The notes under the pieces: model-generated
Told to the model about the DNA's origin: nothing
Seen by the model: the letters and a program-made list of their open reading frames with translations, nothing else
Databases searched by the model: none
In this document: piece after piece, positions 45,078 to 55,551 of the stretch
Layout of the letters: every line of letters begins with the position of its first letter
Numbering within the stretch: position 1 is the stretch's first letter
Assembly: GCA_963764925.1 (NCBI GenBank)
Contig: CAVXUR010000004.1
Span: forward strand, 425,478-489,477
Reading direction: 5' to 3'
Length of the DNA stretch: 64,000 nucleotides
Origin: an uncultured Acidobacteriota bacterium
GTDB lineage: Bacteria; Acidobacteriota; Vicinamibacteria; Vicinamibacterales; 2-12-FULL-66-21
Program-made: the position numbers and the translations under genes

Positions 45078-47329
45078 TCACCGGAGCCCCCACGTCCGTC
45101 TCAGACATCCATTCCGCTCCGAGCAGCACCAGTATCGCCGCAAACGACCATCCCGTGTGCCAGAGATCGCGCCGAACGACCATCGCGGCATCCGGCACGG
45201 CCGCCTTTCAGCAGGTCCGCCAGCTCCGGCACCTGATCCTCGGCCAGCACGCGGCCGCCGGACCGTGCGGCAAGCCGCTCGAGGAACGCTCGGTTCACGC
45301 GCGGGTCGGTCATCTCGAGATCGGCCCCGCCGACCAGCACCGACGCGCTGGCCGTTCCGACGAGCGTCGCTCCCCGCCGCACCTCCGCCGACACCTTGAA
45401 AACGCCGGCGTGCTCGGGCCGTGCGTGTGCGACGTAGCTGCCCGTCGTTTCCCCGGGCGGTGTCGGGCGCCGGCCGCGGAGCGACTCGACGCGACCATCG
45501 GGCGACGTGACGCGGACGTCGACGGCGACATTCTTCAGCGGCTCGAACGCGGCGTTCCGGGCGACCACTCGGAGCGGCAGCGTGTCGCCTGGCGCGGCAC
45601 CCGGCTCGACGCTCAGCTGAATCGGATCGCCGGCCGGAAGCGCGAGCCAGCGCAGCGCCTGCTTCCAGAACGTGTCGTACGCGCGATCGGTCGCGGGCGG
45701 CAGCATGCGCCACCGCCACGACGCTTCGCCGGCGAAGACCATCGACCGGCCTTCGCCGAATCGTTGCACCGCGACGAGCGCGCGGGGCGTGCCGCCGGGT
45801 CCGCTCGTCACCGCCAGCACGCTGGCGCCGGGGCGAGGACCGCCGAGCGGCGCGATCGAGGCGAGCGCCGGCACGGCCTCCCATCGCTTCCGCGTGTCGT
45901 CTGCGCCCGCGGCGAGCTGCATGACGGGGTGCGCTTCGCCCGCCGGCGGTGAGCGACACGCGATTCGCCCGCGTGCCACCGACGCGGGCACGACATCGCC
46001 GCCGGCGCACGAGCTCGACCGCGGCGCCGCCGCGATCGTTGAGATCGAGGGCAAGCACGTCCTCGAGCGCAGTGCCTGCGAGCCCCTGGCGCAGGAACGA
46101 CCGCGCGCCGAGCACGAGCAGGCCGCCGCCGCGCTCGCCGACAAAGCTTCGCGTCGCGTCGAGCTGCGCCCTTCGTGAACTGGTGTGCCTCGACGTTGGC
46201 GAGCACCACCGCGTCGTAGCGGAACAGCGCCTCGCGCGTGGCCGGATATCCAGCGGCGAGGCTGTCGCTCCGCGACTGCGCGGCCTGGATGTAGAACGTG
46301 TCGGCGCCCTGCTCGTTCCTGCCCTTGCGCACGACCGAGTCGATCTCGAGGCCGGGATCGGACGCCCAGGCGCGCTTGAGAAAGCTGTGCTCGAACCCGG
46401 GCGCGCCCTCGACGAGCAGGACGCGGCGGGTTCTCGAGGGCGGCTGAACGAGGGTGCTGCGCGCGTTGTTCTCCGGCACGAGCTCGCCTGCCGCGACGGG
46501 CGTCTCGACGGTGTAGACCGTCGGCGCGCCGCGGCCCGGCGACACCTGAAAGACCTCGCGCACGGGCGAGCCCTCCGCCGCCGGCGTCACGCGCCTGACG
46601 TCGATCGGCCGGCCGTTCTCGAGCAGCCGCAGCTCGATCGGCGCGTTCCCCAGCCCATGGCTCACCGCAGACACCGCCAGGTCGACGCGCGAATCGTCCA
46701 GGATCGCTTCGGCGGCCGTCACGCCGAGGATCTCGCGATCCTTGCCGGCGGTGGGCGATCCCGACAGCCAAGCGTGTAGATCGGCGGCCCGCCCTCCGCC
46801 GCGCGCTCGCCCGCGCCGCTCGTGTCCCCGCCGTCCGACAGCAGGACGACGCCCGCGACGCGCCGGCCCCGATAGCGGTCGCGAACCGCGGCGAGCGCCC
46901 CCGCGACGTCGCTTCGCCGCGCCGCGGCGGACAGCTGCGCCGGCGCCACCGGCGCAAGCGCCGTCGCCGAAGCCGAGCACCTCGACGTGAAACTGCGATC
47001 CGAGCGCCGGCAGCAGCCGATCGACGACGATCCGCCGCGCCCGATCGATCCGCCGTCCGCCGCCGGCGGCATCCTCGATGCTCATGCTCCGCGACGTGTC
47101 GACGAGAATCGCGACGATGGCGTCGCGGGCGTCGGCGTCGGTGCCGCGGGCGACCGGGCCGGAGCAGAAAGACGACGAGCGCGAGAAGGGTGACGAAGCG
47201 GAGCGTCACGAGGACCCGGCGCCGCGATGGCGACAGCGTGCGGCGGTTGTAGGCGAGCCACGCGACGAGACCGGCCGCGGCGACGATGAGGGCGAGCGCC
47301 CACCAGGGAAGAGGGTTCGCGAAGGACAC
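45078..47329 (-). CDS. Membrane-anchored VWA-domain protein with GATase1-like middle domain and C-terminal TM (many frame changes)
   Basis: The GTG at 47329 opens (M)SFANPLPWWALALIVAAAGLVAWLAY...LRFVTLLALVVFLLRP (double-TM N-terminus). Then come AIVAILVDTSRSMSIEDA (VWA MIDAS-like), RVLLVEGAPGFEHSFLKRAW...YDAVVLANVEAHQFT, VAVQRFGEGRSMVFAGEASWRWRM, TFWKQALRWLA and the tail DLWHTGWSFAAILVLLGAEWM. Confidence 0.75.
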
Positions 47330-47335
47330 GCCGGC

Positions 47336-50300
47336 CTACTTCTTCCTGGCCAGCGATTCGTAGTATCGGGCGATCAGTTCGTCGATAGTCGTCTGGCACG
47401 CGATCGCTTCCGCCGGCGCTCAGACGATCCTGGAGGCTCTTCCGCGCCGCGCGCGCGATGACCGACGCCTCGTAGCGGTCGAGGGCGGAGTCAACGTCCT
47501 TGCGCAGCGATTCCCACTTCGAGAAAGTCCTGCTTGAAGGCTTCCGTGCCCTTGTCGACGGCACTCCACTCGTGCTGCTCGGGGCGTCGTCCCGCCGAGA
47601 CCGGAGCCGGGCGAGCCGCGCTCGAGGCGGGAGAGCGATTCGCGCGCGCGCCTGCAGCTCCTTCGCGTACTGCTCGCGCAGCCGCTGCGCGTCGTCGCTG
47701 GCGCGCGTTGCCGCCGCGCCGGTCGCCCTCGCGCCTGCGCCCTGCCCTGCCCTGGCGGCCGGCGGCGCTGCTCTGGCGTCGGCCTTCGCGCACCTGGCGT
47801 TCGAGCGCGATCGAGGCGCTCGCGCATCGCGCGCGCCTGATCGAGCTCGCGCGACAAGTCCTCGGCACCGGCAGCGGCGCCGCCCAGCTGATCGACGATC
47901 TGGTCGAGGGCCCGCGCAATCTGCTGTTCGGCCTCGGCCGCTCCCTGGCCGCGGCGCCGGCCTGGCCGCACGTCCGCCGCGCTATCGGCGCCGCTCGCGT
48001 CGCGCATCTTCCTGGCGGTCTCGCGCATGCGGCCGGCGATCTGCTGGCGCGCGAGCTCTCGCGCCGCTGCGGCCGGCTGCGACTCTGCGCGCGAGGCCTG
48101 GCCGACGTCCCGGCGCCGGTGGCTTGTCGGCCGCCCGCGAGCTGCTCGGCCGTCCGCTGCAGCGCATCGACGCGATCGGCGAGCTTGTCTTTCTCGCCCG
48201 GAGAGCCGCCGCCACGCATCGGCGTTCGCCGCGATCGGTGCCCTTCGCGAGCCGCGCCGCCTCGCCGGCGATGCGCCGCTGCTCGTCGGCAATCTGCTGC
48301 GCCTCGAGGCGCACCTCGCCCGGCGGCGCGCTGCTGCGCCTCGGGATGTCGCGGCGCATCTGCTGTTCGAGCCGGCGGAGGCCGGCCGCGGCGCGCTCGC
48401 CGCGGTCGGCCGCGGTCGCCGGCGACTGTCGCTGCAGTTCGCCCGCCGCGCCTCGCATCTGCTCGGCCGCGTCGCGCATCGCCCGCTGCCAGCAGGATTC
48501 TGCTGGGGCCCGGCGCCGCGCTGCGCTTGGCGGCCTTGCCGGCCCATCTGACGCGCCAGCTCCTCGGCCTGCTGACGGAGCGCCTCCTGCTCCCGCGTCA
48601 GCTTCTCGAGCTGACGCTTCAGCTCGTCCGCCGACGGCGTCGGGCGTCGGCGAGCTCGCGTTGCCGCCGGCTCAGCTCTTCCTGCCGCCGGGCAAGGTCG
48701 CGAATCCGGTCGAGCGCGCTCTCGCCGGCTCCTGCTGGTCGGCGCGCGTCTCGGTCTGCGACCGCGTCTCGTAGTTGGTGCGCTGCTGCCGCTGCAGCTC
48801 CTTGTCGAAGAGCGCCGAGAGATCCTGCCCCTGCCGGCCGAGCCCACCCATCGAGGCTCCGGCCTGCTGCGCCACCTCGCGCCTGCGCACTTCGGCCTGC
48901 GCCTGCAGCAAACCCTGGAGCGCCGCCATCTCGTGCGGCAGCGCCTCGCCGGTCCGCTGGCCCTCCAGCTGATCGATGGCCCGCGTCATCGCCGAGATCG
49001 CCGCGCCCACCGGATCCGGACGCGTCCCGACGCCACCACGAAGCTGACGCGGAGGCGTCACCTGCTGCGGAAAGCGGATCGGCCCGCGGCCCCGTCCGGT
49101 GCGCGACGCAATCTGCTCCGCGCGACCGCTGCAGCTCGGCCTGCGCCGCCGCAATGGCCGTGATGTCGCCGCCGATCGGCCCGCGCCAGACGCGGCGCGC
49201 CGCTCGATGTTCCACGTGGCGTTGATGATCTCTTTCTGCGCGGCGACGAGGGTTTCGATCTGCTCGCTCGCCATGCCGGACATCGCCTGGCTCTGCGCCA
49301 GCACGAACTCTTCGGAGAACGGCCGGACCTCGAGGAAGAACATGTCGCTTCTCGTCTCGGTCGACCGCTTGCCGCGCCCGACGTCGCGCGCGCGAGCGTA
49401 GTAGGTGATCACGTCACCCGGCTGAACGCCAAGATCCTCGGCCGCGAGCGTGTGCGTCGCCGGACCTCGCGAGGTCGCTGCCGCTGGCGCGCGGCGAACG
49501 GAACGACCTTCGGTGCCCGCCCTGCCACGGCGTAGACCAGCTCGAAGCGCGAAATGCCGTGATCGTCTTCGGCCCGCGCCTCGATGGCGACCTCCTCGAG
49601 CGGCGTGATCTGCTGGTCGCCCGCGGGCCGGAGGATGCGGACATCCGGCGGCCGGTCGTCCATCACGCGCAGAAAGTACTCCGTGTCGTCCGGCCGTCCG
49701 GAGACCATCGCGATCAGTGAGTCCGATGCGATACGAGTCGTCTCGCGCGAGGACGAGGTCGCCTTCGAGCACGCGATCGCCAGTCCGGCCGCAGAACCAC
49801 GTGCCGGTCGGCCGCCGCCAGCGGCGGCCATCCGCGAACACCATCTGGCCGGATGCGATCGGCTTGTCGGTGTGGACGCGCACGTGAACCTTCGTGCCCG
49901 CCGGCGCGTAGATGTCGCCGCCGTCGCGTTCCTCACGCGGCGGCAGGTTGGCGAAGGCCGGATACTCGTAGCGCAGATCGATCCGCGTCGACCCGTGCGC
50001 CGACGAGCGCGGTCACGGTGTAGTCCGCCGAGCGCCTCGAGCCGGCCGTGACGCGATACTGGAACGTTCGGTCGATCGATTCGAACGACGAACTGAAAGC
50101 CCTCGCCGTCGGGCGTCATCGCGACGGTGCGCGCTCTCGGTCCGGCCTCGACGGTCAGGCGCGGCGTGAAACGCGTCAGGAACCTGCTGCCCGCGCGCAC
50201 CGATGCCCGGATCGTCAGCGGCTGGCCCAGCGGGCACACGGGCATCGCCGGGAAGGACCTCGACGAGAATCGATTGAGGAAAGATCGTGATCCACGCCGT

Positions 50301-50840
50301 CTCCGATGCCCTGGTCAGCATCGGCCACGCGAGCGCGACGGACAGCGGCGAGGACGATGACGCCGGCCGCCGCCGACACCGCAGCGCGTCGCAGCGCACG
50401 CGGCCGTCACGATGCTCGCGGCACTGACAGCCTCGAGGCGGCGTACCGCCGATTCCATGACGAGGCCGCGAAAATCCCCGGCCTCGCCTGATGCCCCGGC
50501 GTCCACGGCGCTCACGAGCACGTCGTCGAGCGGCGGAACATCGGCGCGTGTCGCCACGCGCTCTTCGATGAAGCGGGCGATCTGCCGATCGCTCGGCCTG
50601 TCCCGGCAGTGCCACGCGGTCACGACGATCGCCGCCAGCCCCAGCCAGCGCAGGCGGCGACCGCCAGGAGGGTCAGCGCTCCATCGTCTGGCGCCAGCCA
50701 CATCGACGAGGCCGGCAGCAGCCAGGATCGGCGCCGCCGCGAAGGCGGTGGACGCGGCCGATGGCGCGCAGGACGACCTCGGCGCGCCATCGGCGGCGAA
50801 CGCTCAGGAGCAGCGAGCGGAGCTGGTCGTGGACTGTCAC
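47336..50840 (-). CDS. DUF4175-like large membrane / coiled-coil protein (very many frame changes)
   Basis: The GTG at 50840 overlaps the upstream stop (GTGA). The N-terminus reads TVHDQLRSLLLSVRRRWRAEVVLRAIG...LRWLGLAAIVVTAW (TM). The middle reads LAAEDLGVQPGDVITYYARARDVGRGKRSTETRSDMFFLEVRPFSEEFVLAQSQAMSG...LVAAQKEIINATWNIERR. Long Arg/Gln/Ala/Glu coiled-coil segments follow (EELKRQLEKLTREQEALRQQAEELARQMG). The tail reads PDDYRR.IARYYESLARKK-TAG (47336..47338). Confidence 0.7.
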
Positions 50841-52743
50841 GCGCGTCCTACTACCGATTCTGCAACCAGTGTAGCAATCAACAGGACCAGGCCGTACTGC
50901 CAATAACTCTGGCGCGACTCGGTCTGCTGGGCCTGGATCTCGGCCGCTTGCGAGGCCTTCGCTGCGATCGGGGCACCATGGCCGTCGAAGTCCGCGGCGT
51001 CGCATCCGGTCGAGCGCGCTTTCGCGCGTGTCGACATTGACCGCAAACGGTCGATTGTCCGCGACTTCGATAGACACCTGGGACGGGTGGCGTTCCCGGC
51101 GGGCGCCTGGGCGACGGTGTAGTCACGCGTCTGCCGGCGATCGCCTCCCACCTGTCCCACATGGGCCACGTAGCGCAGGGCTTCGATCGCGAACGGGACA
51201 AACGCCGGGTGCAGTGGAAAGTCGTTCCATCGCCGGTCGACGATCGGAGGCAAAGAGCACGACGCGCCCCTGTCCAAGCGCACGCTCGAGTAAGCGCAGG
51301 CGAGCCATTCGAGAAGCGCGCGACGATGGACCAGCCGTCTGGCGACGACGCGCCACGCGCGGTCGAACCGCACCTGGCCAAGGTTCGCGGCCAGGGCGCC
51401 AAATGGACGGAAGATCGGATGGCGCAGGTCGGTCGCGGCAAGCGTCAATGGTCCGCTCTGCTCGACGGCGCTGCAACGCCGGCTGCCATCCCGTCATCTC
51501 GGCGAGCACCGCGGGCTCGAGATCGGACGCCGCGGCGACGAACAAGCCTCCACCGTCCCTCACGTACGTCATCAGCCGTTCCCGCGTCGCACGCTCGAGG
51601 CCGCGGGTCGACAGCAGCGCCACCCCGCGATGAGTTCGACAGCTGGTCCGCCGTGACCCGGCGAAGCGAGCGCCTGACACGACCTCGACGTCTTCGCCCG
51701 ACGAGGTGCTGAGCGCCCGCGACACATAGAGCGCCGCCGGCCTGCCCGCTGGCCTTGTATACCGTCGGCTCGTCGGCGCCGACGATCGAGCACCTTCGCG
51801 GCGAGGCGCCGCCGAGCGCGACGAACCAGGCATTGTCGGCCGGCAACCCCTCGGTGTCGTCGATCACGACCTGAGCGTCCCGGCTTCAGGGGCGCGCCAT
51901 GCGATCGACGCTTCGATCGTCGCGCCGGGCGGTGCCGCATAGTCCGTCGCCGCCACCTCACGCCCGTCAAGGAGCGCCCGGACAGGGCCGGTCCGCGCGC
52001 TGGCGCCTCGATTTCGGATTGCTGCCACGATCCGGTCGCCATCGACCCTTGCGGCAGTCACCGCGACGTTACTGAGAACGCCGTCGTTCACGACGCCTTT
52101 GGCGTCTCGGTTCTGAACGTCCACGACGGTCAGGTCCCACCCTGCCGGAAGCGCCGACGACGACTCCCCTTCCCAGCCTGCACGCTGCAGATCGGTGACG
52201 ATCACGAGCCGGCCAGGCGCGCCGGCTGCAAGCTCGACCGCCTGCTGGAAGACCGGCGCGTAGCGCGTCGCGCCGAATCCCGGCGTCAAGCCCGTCGAGC
52301 GCGGCGCGCGCGTCGCCGGCCCCGCCCGGCGCGACGAGCACGTCGGCGCGATCGTCGAACGCCACGACAGCGCAACGCGCTCGCCACTCGCCGCCTGGTC
52401 GATCGCCTCGACGCGCCAGCGCCAGTGCCCGCGGAAAAACACCGGGCGCGCCCATGCTGTACGACCGGTCAATCGCGACGACCCGCACTGGCGCAGGCGC
52501 GACGCCCTGCACGTACGGCCTGGCAAAGGCAGCGGCGAGGAGCAGGAGCGCGGCGACGCGCGCGGCGAGCAGGAGCAGATCCCGAAGTCGCCGTCGCTCG
52601 GCACGCTCGACCGGCGCGCGGCGCAGCAGGCGAACGGCCGTGAACGGCACCTCCGGGGCCACGTCGCGCCGCAGGAGGTGCAGCACGACGGGAATCGCGA
52701 TGGCCAGGGCGCCGATGAGAAAGGCTGGATAGAGAAACGACAT
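50837..52743 (-). CDS. BatA-type (TIGR02226 N-terminal double-TM) VWA protein with GATase1-like C-terminal domain (many frame changes)
   Basis: MSFLYPAFLIGALAIAIPVVLHLLRR..., VRVVAIDRSYSMG, VVAFDDRADVL, LVIVTDLQRAGW, YVRDGGGLFVAAASD, RWNDFPLHPAFVPFAIEALRYV and the C-terminal TM WQYGLVLLIATLVAESVVGRA-stop. Confidence 0.8.
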
Positions 52744-53656
52744 TCACTTGCGCCGGGCGCGCGCCGCGAGGTACCCGAGCAACGCGAAATCGAGCGGCTT
52801 CGAGGTGTCGAGCAGCCGGTAGTCGATGCCGGCACTCCGCAGCTCCCGCTCGTATCGCCCTCGCAACCCGTCGAGCGCCTGCAGGTATGCGGAGCGGATG
52901 CTCGTCGGTTCCGCCGTCACTTCGTCCGCGCTCTCGACGTCCTTGAAACGCGATGAGCCGTGGAACGGGAACGTCAGCTCGTTCGGATCGAGCACCTGAA
53001 ACACGATGACGTCGTTGCCGCGGGACTTGAGGTGCCTGAGCCCCTTGATGATCGGCTCAGGATCGTCGAGCAGGTCCGAGATGAGCACCACGAGGCTGCG
53101 CCTGACGAGCGCCTCGGCCAACTGCTGTAGCGGCCGCGGGACATCCGATCGCCGTCCGGGCTCCAGCTGTTCGAGGCCGATGAGCAGGCTATGCAGGTGT
53201 CCCCGACGCGCGCGTGGCCGGCAGCCTGAGCCGGATCACGTCGTCGAACGCCATCAGACCGGTCGCGTCCCGCTGGCGGTTCATCAGAAACGCCAGCGAG
53301 CCGGCGAGCACCGAGCCGTAGGCGAGCTTGCTCATCGCCGCCGCGCCGCGGTAGGCCATCGACGCGCTGATGTCGAGCAGCAGGTGGCATTCGAGGTTGG
53401 TCTCCTCCTGGAACTGCTTGACGTAGTGCCGATCGCTGCGCGCGTAGACTTTCCAGTCGAGCGTGGACAGATCGTCGCCTGGGAGGTACTCGCGGTACTC
53501 GGCGAACTCGACGCTGAAGCCTTTGTAGGGACTCCGATGCAGTCCGGACAGGAATCCTTCGACGACCGTCCGCGCCTTCAGCTCCATCGTCCCCAGCCGC
53601 GCGATGACGGCCGGATCGAGAAACCGCAGCTCGCGCGCCCCGGGAGTCGTGGGCAT
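52744..53656 (-). CDS. DUF58-family protein (frame change near 53120..53190)
   Basis: [59 protein letters not shown]. The C-terminal piece reads [37 protein letters not shown]. Its stop abuts the BatA-type ATG (TGAATG). Confidence 0.9.
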
Positions 53657-53660
53657 CGGG

Positions 53661-54709
53661 CTACAACCCGCTCTGCGGCAGGGGCACGGCCTCGAGCAGG
53701 CGCTCGACTATCGTGTCCGGCGTGACGCGCTCGGACTCGGCGTAGAAGTTGGGAATGACGCGGTGCCTGAGCACGGGCAGCGCCAGCGCCTGAATGTCGG
53801 CGACCGACACGTGGTAGCGCCCGTGGATGAGCGCGCGAGCCTTTCCCGCCAGGATCAGAGCCTGTGATGCGCGCAAACCGGCGCCCCACTTGACCCATTC
53901 GGTCACAAACGCATGACCGCCCTGCCGGCCAGGGCGCGATGCGTCGACGAGCCGGACCGCATAGCGCGCGATCTCCTCGGCGACGATGACCTGCCGCACC
54001 AGCTGCTGGATCTCGAGAATCTCGGCACCGCTCAACACACGCTCCGGCGTATGCGTCGTCACGCCCGTCGTTTGCGTGACGACCCGGACCTCTTCGTCTT
54101 CGGCGAGGTAGGTCATGACGATGTTGAACATGAAGCGATCGAGCTGCGCCTCTGGCAGCGGGTAGGTGCCCTCGAGCTCGATGGGATTCTGCGTCGCGAG
54201 CACGAAGAACGGACGCTCGAGCGGATACGTCCGGCCCGGCCGCCGTGACGTGGTACTCCTGCATCGCTTCGAGGAGCGCCGCCTGCGTTTTCGGCGGCGT
54301 CCGGTTGATCTCGTCGGCGAGGATGATCTGCGCGAAGATCGGCCCGGTCACGAACCGGAGAGCGCGGTGTCCGTTGGCCTCGTCGAGCACCTCGGTGCCG
54401 GTGATGTCGGCGGGCATGAGGTCGGGCGTGAACTGGATCCGCTTGAACGACAGGTCGAGAATCTGCGCGACTGTCTTGATGAGCAGCGTCTTGGCGAGTC
54501 CCGGCACGCCGGTGATCAGGCAGTGCCCGCCGGTGAAGAGCGCGATGAGGACCTGATCGATGACCGCATCCTGCCCGACGATGACCTTGCGGATCTCGGA
54601 CAGGATCCGCTCGCGGCCGAGCGCGACGCGTTGGGCGACCGCCGCAATGTCTCCGGAAGTGCGTCTCTGTCGTCGCGGTCGATGGCCGGGTGGTGGTCTG
54701 CGGATTCAT
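53661..54709 (-). CDS. MoxR-family AAA+ ATPase (at least 2 frame changes)
   Basis: The Met at 54709 opens the protein. It has [18 protein letters not shown] (Walker A), [40 protein letters not shown] (Walker B) and [25 protein letters not shown]. Confidence 0.95.
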
Positions 54710-54735
54710 CTCGTTTGTGAGCGGGGTCAGCGGCA

Positions 54736-55524
54736 TCAGTGGGTCAGCGAATAGACGATTTCGTTGATCTGCATCCGATAGGCCTGGGCGGTGAACCGGA
54801 CGTAGCCCGGGTAGTCGGCCGCGTTCGACCATTCCCAGCCATCACCCATGTCGGTGTTCCAGTTGATGAGGACCATCGCGCGCCCGTCGTCGTCTTCGAT
54901 CGCGCGCAGGCGAGCCACAAAGCCGCCCTTCTCCCACGTGCGGCCAGCCAGGAACGACCCGAGCCCCGGGGTCTGCGGATACTCGTCGATCTTGTAGAAG
55001 CAGTTGAAAATCGGATGCTGCGGCGGCAGATCGACAATGGTCCGATCCGGGAAGATCCGCTTCATCTGGCGCTCGAGGTTCGCCCATTCAATCGGCCCGT
55101 GGAAATCGTCGAAGGTCAGGGTGCCGCCGCGCAGCAGGAACTCGCGCAGAATGGCGACCTCGTTGTCCTTGGGAATCCAGGTGCCCGGTTCGACCAGATA
55201 GATCCACGGATACGTGAAGAGCGCCGGGTCGTCGAGCGCGACGACGACGGGCTCGTTGACCTGAATCGAGGTGACCGTCTTGACGCGTCTCGAGAGATTC
55301 TGCTCGGCTGCCGGGTAGTCGATCGTCCAGCATTCGTCGTAAGTGTCGCAGCCGGAGAGGCCCGGCAACTTGGAGCCGTCGTAGCGAATGCGCGCGAAAG
55401 TCCACTGCAGTCCGGCGAACTGCGCGTTCGGCCGCGTCGCGTCCTGGGCCGCGGCATCGCCTGGCGTGACCGCTCCCGCCGTCGCCCAGAGGAGCGCGGC
55501 GCCTGCCCCGAGCAGGACCGCCAT
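54736..55524 (-). CDS. DUF4159-domain secreted protein
   Basis: LQWTFARIRYD, WTIDYPAAEQNLSRRVKTVTSI, LFTYPWIYLVEPGTWIPKDNEVAILREFLLRGGTLTFDDFHG and HPIFNCFYKI. The frame is intact. The start may lie about 30 nt further upstream if an indel is present. Confidence 0.85.
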   Translation of the reverse strand: MAVLLGAGAALLWATAGAVTPGDAAAQDATRPNAQFAGLQWTFARIRYDGSKLPGLSGCDTYDECWTIDYPAAEQNLSRRVKTVTSIQVNEPVVVALDDPALFTYPWIYLVEPGTWIPKDNEVAILREFLLRGGTLTFDDFHGPIEWANLERQMKRIFPDRTIVDLPPQHPIFNCFYKIDEYPQTPGLGSFLAGRTWEKGGFVARLRAIEDDDGRAMVLINWNTDMGDGWEWSNAADYPGYVRFTAQAYRMQINEIVYSLTH

Positions 55525-55551
55525 TCGCCTCGAGACTCGGCCGACGCGTCG

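Noticed and set aside
47500-49225. Plus-strand ORFs of 424 aa and 563 aa
   Set aside because: Both are antisense to the DUF4175-like gene. Their extreme Ala/Arg/Pro/Ser composition mirrors the coiled-coil codons on the other strand.
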